From contig JAHBXY010000023.1 in NCBI GenBank assembly GCA_019636275.1, forward strand, positions 1,509 through 65,508: a stretch of 64,000 bases of DNA, written 5' to 3'. Under the pieces are notes generated by a model. That model ran no database searches. It was not told the origin of the DNA and saw nothing but the letters and a program-made list of their open reading frames with translations. This DNA comes from Planctomycetota bacterium (lineage in GTDB: Bacteria > Planctomycetota > J058). Below are positions 7,917-16,524 of the stretch, piece after piece (position 1 is the first letter of the stretch; each line of letters starts with the position of its first letter). Position numbers and translations under genes: made by a program.

Positions 7917-9028
7917 CGCGCGCTCAGCCTCGTGAAGGCCCCGCCGCGCGCGTGGCGCAGGCGCTCCGCGAAGGCGCCGGGGTCGCGCGCCGCCGCCTGC
8001 GCGGCGGCCTCCGTCACCCAGCCGCGCTGGACGGCCTCGGCCAGCGACTGCTCGAGCGTGAGCATGCCCTGGGCCGCCTGCCCCTCGACGGCGGCCTGGA
8101 TCTGGGCGGTCTTGCCCGCGCGGATGAGGTTGGCCACGGCCGGCGTGATCCACAGCACCTCGGTGGCCGGGAAGCGCCCGCCGCCCTCGGCCAGCGGCAG
8201 GAGGCGCTGCGCGACCACGCAGCGGAGCACGAGCGAGAGCTGGTAGCGGATCGAGTCGCGCTCGTCGCCGCGGAAGGCGCCGATGAGCCGCTCGGTGGCG
8301 CCGATCGCGCTGCCCGAGTGCAGCGTCGAGAGCACCAGGTGGCCCGTCTCGGCGGCCATGAGGGCCGCGCGCATGGTCGCCACGTCGCGCATCTCGCCCA
8401 CGAGGATGACGTCGGGGTCCTCGCGCAGCGCGGCGCGCAGCGCGCGCGAGAAGCGGTCGAAGTCGGCGTGGAGCTCGCGCTGGTGCACGAGCGCGCGGCG
8501 GCTCTCGTGCACGTACTCGATCGGGTCCTCGAGCGTGACGACGTGGCAGGCCTCCTCGCGGTTGATCTTGTCGATGATCGCCGCGAGGGTCGTGGTCTTG
8601 CCGGAGCCGGTCGGGCCGACGAGGAGCACCAGCCCGTCCTCGAGGTCGGCCAGGCGCGCGAGCTGCGGCGGGAGGCGCAGCTCGTCGAAGCCGCGGAGCC
8701 GGTCGTCGAGCCGGCGGACGGCCGCCGCCACCTGCCCGGAGGAGGCGAACAGGTTCACGCGGAAGCGCTGCCCGTCGCCGCCGCGGGCGCGGTCGAGGAC
8801 CAGCGCCAGGTCGACCGAGCGCTCGACCTCGAGGGCCGCGCGCTGGCGCGGCGTGAGCACCTCGCCGAACAGGGCCTCGACGCCGCCCGGCGCGGGGGGC
8901 GGAGCCTCGTCGAGGAGCGGGGCCAGCCGGCCGTGGACGCGGACCTGCGGGGGGAGGCCGCAGGTGAGGTGCAGGTCGGAGGCGCCCAGGGCCACGGCGC
9001 GCGCCAGGAGGCGCCACAGGTCGGTCAT
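7913..9028 (-). CDS. pilT: PilT-family retraction ATPase
   Basis: GASDLHL at the N-terminus, GPTGSGKTTT, TLEDPIEY, LRAALREDPDVILVGEMRD, AAETGHLVLSTLH, VANLIRAGK (AIRNLIRE-like) and GMLTLEQSL; 371 aa. Confidence 0.88.
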   Translation of the reverse strand: MTDLWRLLARAVALGASDLHLTCGLPPQVRVHGRLAPLLDEAPPPAPGGVEALFGEVLTPRQRAALEVERSVDLALVLDRARGGDGQRFRVNLFASSGQVAAAVRRLDDRLRGFDELRLPPQLARLADLEDGLVLLVGPTGSGKTTTLAAIIDKINREEACHVVTLEDPIEYVHESRRALVHQRELHADFDRFSRALRAALREDPDVILVGEMRDVATMRAALMAAETGHLVLSTLHSGSAIGATERLIGAFRGDERDSIRYQLSLVLRCVVAQRLLPLAEGGGRFPATEVLWITPAVANLIRAGKTAQIQAAVEGQAAQGMLTLEQSLAEAVQRGWVTEAAAQAAARDPGAFAERLRHARGGAFTRLSAR

Positions 9029-9609
9029 GGGACCACCGTCACCTGGATCACGAGCGGCGGGTCGACCGCGCGCCGCCCGAGGGCGGGCGACTGCGCCGGC
9101 GGCCGCGTCGTGATCCGCAGGTCGCGCAGGACCACGCGGTGGGGCAGGCCCTCGAGCGCGACGACGAACCGCCACAGCCCGTGGAAGGTGCCGCCGAAGG
9201 TCCAGCGCCGGGCGCGCGGCGACGCGGCCCCTGCCGCCGGCCCCGCCGCCCGCGCGAGCGCGGCGTCCTGCGACTCGAGGCGCAGGCCGGCGTCGCGGGC
9301 CAGGGCGGCGACGCGGTGCTCGAGGTCGGGGACGAGGGCGTCGGGCGCCACGCGCGCCGCGAGGGCGTCGACGCGGGCCTGGAGGTCGTCGCGCGCGGCG
9401 CGCGCCCGGTCGACCTCGTCGGCGAGCGGCGTGAGGTTCGTGGGCGGCGGCGAGGCGGCGATCGCCTGGGTGAGGTCCTGGACGCGGCCCCGCTCGTACA
9501 GGAGGGCGCGGGCGCCGGGCTGGACGCGCAGGACGCCCACGGCGACGCCGAGGACGACGCCGGCGGTGAGGCCCACGAGGAGCGGGCTGGGGTGCGCGGG
9601 GCGGGCCAC
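9025..9609 (-). CDS. PilO/GspM-like alignment-complex protein
   Basis: N-terminal TM helix, coiled coil, then GTFHGLWRFVVALEGLPHRVVLRDLRI, which matches the PilO-type G-x-Y/F-x2-L-x2-F-x3-LE-x-LP pattern. Confidence 0.7.
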   Translation of the reverse strand: MARPAHPSPLLVGLTAGVVLGVAVGVLRVQPGARALLYERGRVQDLTQAIAASPPPTNLTPLADEVDRARAARDDLQARVDALAARVAPDALVPDLEHRVAALARDAGLRLESQDAALARAAGPAAGAASPRARRWTFGGTFHGLWRFVVALEGLPHRVVLRDLRITTRPPAQSPALGRRAVDPPLVIQVTVVP

Positions 9610-9610
9610 G

Positions 9611-11068
9611 TCAGTCTCCTCCCCGGAGGTCCGAGGCGGCGCGGGACGGCGCGGCGGCGTCGCCGAAGCGCACCTCGAAGCGGTAGGAGACGCCGCCGAG
9701 GCGGCCCTCCTGGCGCTGGATCGTGGCGCCGCGCGGCGGGCGGCCGGCGAGGGCCGGGGTGGCCGCCACGTCGCGGACGAACGCCTGCACGTCGGTCTCC
9801 GCGCGGGCCACGCCCTCGACCCGCACGGCGCCGCCCGGCTCCTCCTCGACGGCGCGCACGACCACGTCGGCCGAGGCGGCCCGGGCCACGCCGCGCAGGA
9901 GGCCCAGCAGCCACTCGCGGCGCCCCTCGGCCTCGGCGTGCTCGGCGGCGGCGGCCTTCAGGGGGTCCATGGACCTGACGATGGCGTCGCGCTCGCGCTC
10001 GAGCGCCTTGCGCGCGGCGGCCGCGCGCTGGCGCACGTCGACCTCCGCCTGCAGCTCGACCGCGGCCGCGCGCGCCGTGTCGAGGCGTCCGCGCACCACG
10101 ACGTCCACGCCCACGGCGAGGAGCAGCGGGAGGGCGGCGACGACCAGCGCCTGGACGGCCGGCTGGCGGTGGAGCGGCGGCCGCTGCGGCTGCGCGGCGA
10201 CGGCCGCGACGCGCGCCGCCGGGCAGGCCCAGCGCGTGGCGGGCGGCGCCGAGGCGCGCTGGCCAGGCCCAGGGCGGGGGCGCCTCGTCGTCGCGCGGGG
10301 GCGGCGGCGCGGCCACGTGGCGGGGGCGAGGTCGGCGGAGTCGGCCAGCAGGTCGGGGTCGGCCGGCCCGGCGACGACCACCGGCGCGTCGTCGCACAGG
10401 CCGCGGCAGGCGCGCGCCAGGTCGCCCGGGTCGCCGGGCGCGCGCTGCAGGACCAGGCGCGACACCTGCCCGCCCACGACGCGCGAGGCCGCCAGCCGCC
10501 CGGCGGCGTGCTCGAGGACCACCGCGTCCTGCGCCGCGTCCTGGGGCAGGAGGGCGGCGGCGCAGCCGAGCTGCGGGTAGATCCCGGCGAGCTGCAGGCC
10601 GGCGCGGCGGAACGCCTCGCGCGCCTCGTCGCGCGCGGCGGCGGTGAGGCCGCAGGCGAGGAGCGGCCCCGGGCGGTCGCCGTCCGCGCCGCGGTCGCCC
10701 CAGCCGCAGGCCAGGTCGCCGCCGTCGCGCGCCGCCCCCGACAGGTACGGCTCGAGCTCGTAGCGCACGAGCCCCTGGACGCGCTCCGCGGCCAGGCTCT
10801 GGATCGGGGGCACCTGGAGGACCACCGCCGTGGCCCGCGGCGTGATCAGGATCGCCCGCCGCGGCCGCGACCTGCCGCCGAGCGCCGCCAGCGCCGCCGG
10901 CAGGTCGAGCGCCAGGTCGCCCGTCGCCGCGCCCCGCGCCGCCTGGCGCACGACCGTGTCTTCACCCTCGCGGGCCACGACGGCCACGTGGATCGTCCCC
11001 TCGTCGGCCTCGACGGCCAGGACCTCGGTGAAGGCGAGGGCGAAGGGGGTGGTCAGGCGGGCGATCAT
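9611..11068 (-). CDS. Fused PilM-like + PilN-like (GspL-like) protein
   Basis: N-terminal actin-like PilM features (VLAVE..IHVAVV; VRYELEPYL; AFRRAGLQL), a TM helix, a coiled coil, and a PilN-like C-terminus (VRVEGVA..VQAFV..YRFEV). A possible compensating frameshift pair lies near 10215-10325. Confidence 0.7.
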   Translation of the reverse strand: MIARLTTPFALAFTEVLAVEADEGTIHVAVVAREGEDTVVRQAARGAATGDLALDLPAALAALGGRSRPRRAILITPRATAVVLQVPPIQSLAAERVQGLVRYELEPYLSGAARDGGDLACGWGDRGADGDRPGPLLACGLTAAARDEAREAFRRAGLQLAGIYPQLGCAAALLPQDAAQDAVVLEHAAGRLAASRVVGGQVSRLVLQRAPGDPGDLARACRGLCDDAPVVVAGPADPDLLADSADLAPATWPRRRPRATTRRPRPGPGQRASAPPATRWACPAARVAAVAAQPQRPPLHRQPAVQALVVAALPLLLAVGVDVVVRGRLDTARAAAVELQAEVDVRQRAAAARKALERERDAIVRSMDPLKAAAAEHAEAEGRREWLLGLLRGVARAASADVVVRAVEEEPGGAVRVEGVARAETDVQAFVRDVAATPALAGRPPRGATIQRQEGRLGGVSYRFEVRFGDAAAPSRAASDLRGGD

Positions 11069-12000
11069 GGGAGGTCGAACCGCCTCGAAATCGTGATCGA
11101 GGCAGGCGCCGCGCGCGGCCTGAGCTCGATGAGGGCCACCTGACGAGGCTCCACCGGCTCGTACGGGCTCAAGGGTCCGGTGCGCCGGCACAGCACCACG
11201 AGGCGGGGTCCCGCGGGCACCCACGTGGCGCTCGGGACCGCGAAGGTCAAGACCTTCGTCTCGTTCGGCGCGACGTCGTCGTCCGGCAGCGCGGGCGCGT
11301 CCACGTCCGCGAGGGTGCTTTCACCTCGCGGCCAGAGGACGCGCAGGGCGAGGTCCGCGGGGGGAACGGCGCCCGACGAGAGGACGTGGACGCGGGCCTC
11401 GAGCCGCCTCCCGGCGAGATCGACCAGGTAGTCGTTGTCCTGGATCACCTCGACTTGGTCGTCGATCGGGTTGCCGGGATCGTCGAAGATCTGGTTCTCT
11501 CCCCGGCTGGTGATCGTGAGCGTGGGTGGAGGACCGGGCGAGAGCAGCCAGTCCCAGCCGAAGTTCGGGTCGACGGAGCCCTCCACGGCGTAGTCCCGCC
11601 GATCCGGGCTGCCCCAGCCGTCGGCGAACTCCACCGCTCCGCCCGGGCGGCGCGTCCCCCTCAGGTAGGGTCCGCGCCAGCCGAAGCGCAGCTCCGGATG
11701 GGTCGGGTCGTTCGGGCCGTAGGGCGGCACGCCCGCCGGCTGCGCGAGGAGGTCGCTCACCGAGCCAGGGAGGGCGCCGACGTCCGCCACGTAGCCCGCG
11801 ATCGCGACGCTCGGGTCCTCCGCGCCGACGATGGCGCGACGGAGCAGGCCGAGGCGCGCGCTCGTGTCCTCGAAGCGCGCCTGCTCGTGCGCTCGGTCCA
11901 CCAGGGAGCTGGTCGTGGCCGCCAGCGCCGCCAGGATGAACACCACGAGCAGGAGCTCGAGCAGCGTGAAGCCGCCATGTCGGGGGCGCATGACGATCAT
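11065..12000 (-). CDS. Prepilin-type protein, GspG-like
   Basis: RPRHGG|FTLLELLLVVFILAALA, GWRGPYL, DGWG and ITSRGEN motifs. ATGA-coupled. Confidence 0.88.
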   Translation of the reverse strand: MIVMRPRHGGFTLLELLLVVFILAALAATTSSLVDRAHEQARFEDTSARLGLLRRAIVGAEDPSVAIAGYVADVGALPGSVSDLLAQPAGVPPYGPNDPTHPELRFGWRGPYLRGTRRPGGAVEFADGWGSPDRRDYAVEGSVDPNFGWDWLLSPGPPPTLTITSRGENQIFDDPGNPIDDQVEVIQDNDYLVDLAGRRLEARVHVLSSGAVPPADLALRVLWPRGESTLADVDAPALPDDDVAPNETKVLTFAVPSATWVPAGPRLVVLCRRTGPLSPYEPVEPRQVALIELRPRAAPASITISRRFDLP

Positions 12001-12782
12001 CTCAGCAGGTAGTAGATGACGTCGTCGTCGGATGGGCCGACGTCGCCGTCGAACAGCCCATCGGGTCCGGCAGAGACGACGCGCGCGTCGGGCCCGTCGA
12101 GTCCGACGAGACGCACGGGTCGGTGAGCGTCGAGGCCCCGCGCGTGGCCGCTTCCCTCGGTGGAAGACCACTCCAACGGGACGCTCTCGCAGGTGAACCA
12201 GCCGTACAGCCTTCCAGGCTCCCCGAGCAACTTGACGTAGAACTCGCGGTAAGAACTGGAACGAAACGGGTCGGCGACGGCCGGTACGGGAGGAACGCTC
12301 GTCAGGAGCTCACCCGAGCGAAAGCGCCCTTCACCGCTCCGGCTCAAGTAGGGTCCGCGCCAACCACGGCAGCGAACGGGGTCCCAAGTAGAGAGCGGCT
12401 GGAAGTCGGGTTGAGAAGTGATCGACGGCAGCGGGCGCTCGAAGAGCTGCCAGAGATTCTCCGGTCGGTCGAACCACGACGCGGCATCACTGGCATCGAC
12501 GTAAGCTGGGACCTTCGATCTGCCGAGATTGCGTCCGTCGAGGTCGAAGATTCCTCGCTTTGGCAAGAACCCCGTGTCCGCCTTGAACTGCAGGACGGCG
12601 CGCCGGACCTCGTTGAGCTCCTGACGCGCGAGGTCGAGCGTGGCCTGATCCTGCAGCCCCTGCATGGACGCCGCGACCATGCCCGCGAGCGCGGCCAGCA
12701 TGGCCACGACCATGACGATCTCGATCAGCGTGAACCCGCCGGTCGCGCGCGGGGCGCGCGACCGGCAGCGGGGGGGCGACAT
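11997..12782 (-). CDS. Prepilin-type protein, GspG-like
   Basis: RATGG|FTLIEIVMVVAMLAALAGMV, AVLQFKADTGFLP, GWRGPYL, DPF and VSAGPDG motifs. Confidence 0.88.
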   Translation of the reverse strand: MSPPRCRSRAPRATGGFTLIEIVMVVAMLAALAGMVAASMQGLQDQATLDLARQELNEVRRAVLQFKADTGFLPKRGIFDLDGRNLGRSKVPAYVDASDAASWFDRPENLWQLFERPLPSITSQPDFQPLSTWDPVRCRGWRGPYLSRSGEGRFRSGELLTSVPPVPAVADPFRSSSYREFYVKLLGEPGRLYGWFTCESVPLEWSSTEGSGHARGLDAHRPVRLVGLDGPDARVVSAGPDGLFDGDVGPSDDDVIYYLLR

Positions 12783-12808
12783 GTCGGCTCCGTCGGCCGC
12801 GGTCAGGG

Positions 12809-13696
12809 TCAGCCCTGACGGCTGTTGTTCGGCAGCGACTCGTTGAACTGCTGGATGGAGTAGTTGGGGAAGCGGCCGTAGCTGTCGGACACCCCGACGA
12901 GCTGCGCGCGCTCCCCGCTGGCGAAGACGGCGAAGTAGGCGATGTAGCGGCCGTAGTAGGACCCGTCGCAGCCGGGGTAGATCGGCGCGCTGAGCATCGT
13001 GTCGGGGATGAGGCTGGACCGCGGCCCCACCCCCGTGGCCACCAGGGCGACGACGCCGTCGGGCAGCGCGCCGTTGAGGTGCGGGTAGATCGTCCGCGTG
13101 ATCCCGTTGACCGGGACGGCCGCGTCGCCGTTGGTCGTCGAGACGACGCGGGCGACGAAGCAGCCGCCGACGCCGTTGCTCAGCTCCCGCAGGTTCAGCC
13201 CGCTGTTGTTGCAGTTCGCGCCGGCGGTCCAGGGGATGTGGTCGCTGAGCTGGGCGAAGCCCGAGCGGGTGAACGAGCGCGAGAAGTTGCCCGCGGGCGC
13301 GCTCAGAGCCGCCAGGTCGTCCATGACGAGCTGCGCGAACACGTTCGTGCCCTGCGCGCCGCTCAGCGGCAGGCCCCAGCCCTGGTTCTCGGAGGTCACG
13401 CCGGTCGTCGCGCCGACGCGGGTCGTGTTGACCATGACCGACGTGGGCGCCCCGAGCCCCGGCCCCTCGAGCAGCGAGTCCAGGCGCATGGGCATGCGCT
13501 TCTGCAGCACGAAGTAGAGGCTGATCTGGTTGGCGATGTCCTGCTGGTTCTTGGCCGTGGCGCTCATGTCCGCCGAGCGACCGAGCATGGCGATCTGGCT
13601 GATCACCAGGCCCGCGAGCGTCGCCAGGATGATCAGCACGAGGACCATCTCGATGAGCGTGAAGCCGCGGCGGCGGCGCGAGAGGCTGAGCGTCAT
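12809..13696 (-). CDS. Prepilin-type protein (paralogue of 253..1080)
   Basis: RRRRG|FTLIEMVLVLIILATLAGLV. It shares P..DSL and the C-terminal PIYP..YY.RY.A.F..G.R..LV.V with the pilin at 253..1080. AGGAG precedes the start. Confidence 0.9.
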   Translation of the reverse strand: MTLSLSRRRRGFTLIEMVLVLIILATLAGLVISQIAMLGRSADMSATAKNQQDIANQISLYFVLQKRMPMRLDSLLEGPGLGAPTSVMVNTTRVGATTGVTSENQGWGLPLSGAQGTNVFAQLVMDDLAALSAPAGNFSRSFTRSGFAQLSDHIPWTAGANCNNSGLNLRELSNGVGGCFVARVVSTTNGDAAVPVNGITRTIYPHLNGALPDGVVALVATGVGPRSSLIPDTMLSAPIYPGCDGSYYGRYIAYFAVFASGERAQLVGVSDSYGRFPNYSIQQFNESLPNNSRQG

Positions 13697-13865
13697 GGGG
13701 AGCACTTCTCCTGGGTCTCGGATCCCGGACCGGTCTGTCCGGGGCCGTCCCCAAGCGAACGGGGCGCCACGGTAGCGAACCCGCCTAACGGCGGCAACAT
13801 CCGCCGCCGACGCGCGCCCCGACCACCACGCGATGCGCCAGGCCTGATGCAGAACCATCCACCCC

Positions 13866-15833
13866 TCAACGCACCGTCAGGACGTGGACCTCGAAGGCCC
13901 GCGCCCCCTCCACGTTCGCCGTGTAGAGGAGGACCCGCTCGCCCCAGGGCAGCGCCGTCATGTGCCGGGTCGAGACGGGGAGCGTGCACAGCGTCGACCA
14001 GGCGCCGGTCGCCGGGTCGAACACCTCGACGGTCGCGTTCGCCTCGAACTCGCCGGGCGCGTCGGCCCGGGGCGACGTCCCGCCGAGGAGGTAGAGCTTG
14101 CCGCCCAGGGCCACCATCTCCGGCGAGATCCGCGGGCGCGCGGGCGCCGGCGCCTTGGACCACGAGCGCGTCTTCAGGTCCAGGACGTCCACGTCGGGGA
14201 CGAGCGTGAAGCCCTCGCGCATGCCGCCGACCAGGTAGTACCGGCCGTCGACGACGGCGCCGCCGAAGGCGCGGCGCGGCGTGGGGACCGTGAGGCCGGC
14301 CGGGGCGAAGGTCTCGCCGGCCTTCAGGTCCCACTCCAGGACCTCCGCCGGGAACTGGAACTGCTGCTCGCGCGGGCGCGAGCCGTCGAAGTCGACCCCG
14401 CCCACGACCAGCAGCTTGCCCTCGTGCTGCACGAGGCCGAACTGCGTGCGCGCGACGGGCAGGGCGGCCTTCGTGGGGATCCACTCCCGCTTGCCCAGGT
14501 GGAGCTGGAACACCGTCGGCCAGGCCCTCGCGCCCTGCCCTTCGTTGTTGAAGCCGCCCACGAACAGCGCCCGGTCGTCCTGACCGAGGGACCCGCCGCC
14601 GGCGACGAGCGTCGAGGACATCGTCTGCCGGCGCTCGGGGAGGGCGGGCAGGCGCTCGACGCGCAGCGAGCCCAGGTGGATCCGCCAGGACTCCGCGAGG
14701 AAGTTCTCCGGCTTGAAGTCGTGCTGACCGAGGCTGTTGTTGCCGCCGACCACGTGCAGGGCGTTGCGGTGCAGCGCCACGCCCTGGCGGTTCTTGGCCA
14801 GGCCCGGCGAGGGGACGACGAACGACACGAGCGACGGGCCCTGCGGGCGCAGGTCGACGGCCTCGCACACGCGCAGGTGCCCGCCGTCGGACGAGCCGCC
14901 GACCGCCAGCAGCGCCTCCGGGCCCGTGGCCACGAGGCGGTGGAAGTAGCGCGGGAAGGCCAGCGTGGCCACCTCCTCCCACTCGGGGGCGTCGCCCTGG
15001 AGGCCGAGGCGGTGCACGGCGCTGCGGACCCCGGAGGCGAGCAGGTCGTCGCCGATCACGGCCGCGGCCACGCCGAAGCCGTTGAACGGCAGGTCGGGGC
15101 CGTCCGACCACGCCCCGGTCGCCGGGTCGAACACCGACACGGCGCGCGTCCCGGTCTCGCTGTCCGAGGGCATGCCGCCCAGGGCCCAGAGCTTGCCGTC
15201 GACGACGGCCAGGGCCAGCGCCCGGCGCTCGAACGGCGTCCCGGGGAAGGGCTCCCAGGCGAGCGGCTGCTGCGTCAGGTCGAGCGACCAGGCCGTGCGG
15301 TGCCAGGTGACGAGGTCGCCCTGCAGGCTCCAGCCGCCGACGACGACCAGCCGCTCGCCGAGCACCGCCACGTCGTGCGACGAGCGCGGCTCGGGCAGCG
15401 GCGGCAGCGCCTCCCAGGTGCGGGCCAGCGGGTCGTAGCGCGAGGCGCTGGCCACCGACCACAGGTCGTCGGGCTGGTCGGCGCGGTTGCGGGCCGAGAG
15501 GCCGCCGATGCGGTAGACCTTGCCGCCGTGCGCCACGACGGCGGGGCTCTGCAGGGGCTGCTGCATGGGCAGCGCCTCCCAGGAGCGGCCGTCGAGCAGG
15601 TTCAGCCGGTAGAAGCCCTTCGACAGCGTGTCGGCCGAGTGGTGGTGCACGGCGCCGGCGTGGCCGCCGTAGACGTAGATCCAGTCGCCGTCACGCGCCG
15701 CGCCGAAGCTGGCCAGCGGCTCGGGCAGGAGCGGCCACTCGACGCGCCGGAGCGCGTCGGCGGCCGCCGTGGGCGCGAGGCCCGCGAGGGCAGCGGCCAG
15801 GGCGAGGCCGAGCTGGAAGCGTGAGGCGTTCAT
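13866..15833 (-). CDS. Secreted double kelch beta-propeller protein
   Basis: Signal peptide (..AAALAGLAPTAAA) and about 12 kelch-like repeats (IYVYGG, VYRIGG, LVVVGG, LWALGG, LHVVGG, YYLVGG, LYLLGG; YDP..TW). Confidence 0.88.
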   Translation of the reverse strand: MNASRFQLGLALAAALAGLAPTAAADALRRVEWPLLPEPLASFGAARDGDWIYVYGGHAGAVHHHSADTLSKGFYRLNLLDGRSWEALPMQQPLQSPAVVAHGGKVYRIGGLSARNRADQPDDLWSVASASRYDPLARTWEALPPLPEPRSSHDVAVLGERLVVVGGWSLQGDLVTWHRTAWSLDLTQQPLAWEPFPGTPFERRALALAVVDGKLWALGGMPSDSETGTRAVSVFDPATGAWSDGPDLPFNGFGVAAAVIGDDLLASGVRSAVHRLGLQGDAPEWEEVATLAFPRYFHRLVATGPEALLAVGGSSDGGHLRVCEAVDLRPQGPSLVSFVVPSPGLAKNRQGVALHRNALHVVGGNNSLGQHDFKPENFLAESWRIHLGSLRVERLPALPERRQTMSSTLVAGGGSLGQDDRALFVGGFNNEGQGARAWPTVFQLHLGKREWIPTKAALPVARTQFGLVQHEGKLLVVGGVDFDGSRPREQQFQFPAEVLEWDLKAGETFAPAGLTVPTPRRAFGGAVVDGRYYLVGGMREGFTLVPDVDVLDLKTRSWSKAPAPARPRISPEMVALGGKLYLLGGTSPRADAPGEFEANATVEVFDPATGAWSTLCTLPVSTRHMTALPWGERVLLYTANVEGARAFEVHVLTVR

Positions 15834-16312
15834 GCCGTGAGCTCCTCATGGGCGGCGGGCGGGGTCTGGATCCGCCCGGCGAGGGAGCGGACGCCGTCGA
15901 AGGCCAGGGCGCCGCGCAGGTAGATGCGCAGGCCGTCGGCGGCGGGGTCGGGGCTGGTGAGGACGGCCCAGAGGCGGGCGGCCAGGTGGGGCACGGTCCA
16001 CAGGTCGCGGCCGACGAGGTCGCCGCCGAACGCCTCGAGCCCGTAGGCCTGCAGCGCGTCGATCGCGCCGCGGTGCATCAGGTCGAGCAGCCGCTCGAGC
16101 TGGAGCGCCAGCGGGGTCTCGGCGTGGCAGGCGCGGTGCACCGCCGCGACCAGGGCGCGCTCGTCGGGGCAGCGGCAGGCGGGCAGCTCGACCCCGGCCG
16201 CGCGGGCCAGGTTCGACAGCTCGCGCCCGTCGAAGGTGAGCAGGAGCACCGCGTCGAGGAGCGTGCACTCCACCTGCCAGATCCGTAGCCGGGTCGCCTC
16301 GCGCTCGGTCAT
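15830..16312 (-). CDS. Hypothetical cytoplasmic protein, first gene of the pilus operon (resembles N-terminal region of long DUF2325 proteins)
   Basis: GGAGG RBS and ATGA overlap with the kelch gene. The RIW..C, L.R.LD..H and LWA..T.P pattern recalls DUF2325-associated N-termini (from memory, unverified). Confidence 0.6.
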   Translation of the reverse strand: MTEREATRLRIWQVECTLLDAVLLLTFDGRELSNLARAAGVELPACRCPDERALVAAVHRACHAETPLALQLERLLDLMHRGAIDALQAYGLEAFGGDLVGRDLWTVPHLAARLWAVLTSPDPAADGLRIYLRGALAFDGVRSLAGRIQTPPAAHEELTA

Positions 16313-16333
16313 CACGTCCTCCGGGTCACGCAT

Positions 16334-16352
16334 GAGATTGAGACTCAGTCTC
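16334..16352. promoter_or_regulatory. Fur-box-like operator GAGATTGAGACTCAGTCTC
   Basis: Identical to 1219-1237 and 20568-20586, and lies about 20 bp upstream of the first start codon. Confidence 0.8.
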
Positions 16353-16413
16353 AGCGAGCGTCCGAAGAAAACGGTGAGGAACCCGCCCTCACCGGCTCGA
16401 ATCGGACCCGCTG

Positions 16414-16434
16414 AGTTGAGAATCATTCTCAACT
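16414..16434. promoter_or_regulatory. Fur-box-like perfect palindrome AGTTGAGAAT-C-ATTCTCAACT
   Basis: 10-1-10 inverted repeat whose core TGAGAAT-n-ATTCTCA is the 7-1-7 Fur-type site. A TTGACA -35 lies at 16472-16467 on the minus strand. Confidence 0.82.
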
Positions 16435-16524
16435 ACGCCGAGGTTGTGCCATGCGTGGGGGTGCCCTGTCAAGACCCCCGCCGCGGCCGCCGGTGCAGGG
16501 TGTGAGTTCACCGGGGTGGCAGCG

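Noticed and set aside
2865-8246. Very long ORFs such as 2865..8246 (+), 57094..62097 (+), 44627..47941 (+) and the N-terminal part of 44013..48584 (-)
   Set aside because: These are antisense or off-frame shadows of well-supported genes, expected at this GC content, and show no recognisable motifs.
16436-16451. Possible sigma54 promoter TGGCACAACCTCGGC (minus strand), given the nearby NtrC-type regulator
   Set aside because: The -12 element is CGGC rather than TTGC, and the TTGACA -35 with the conserved 40-bp geometry explains the region better.
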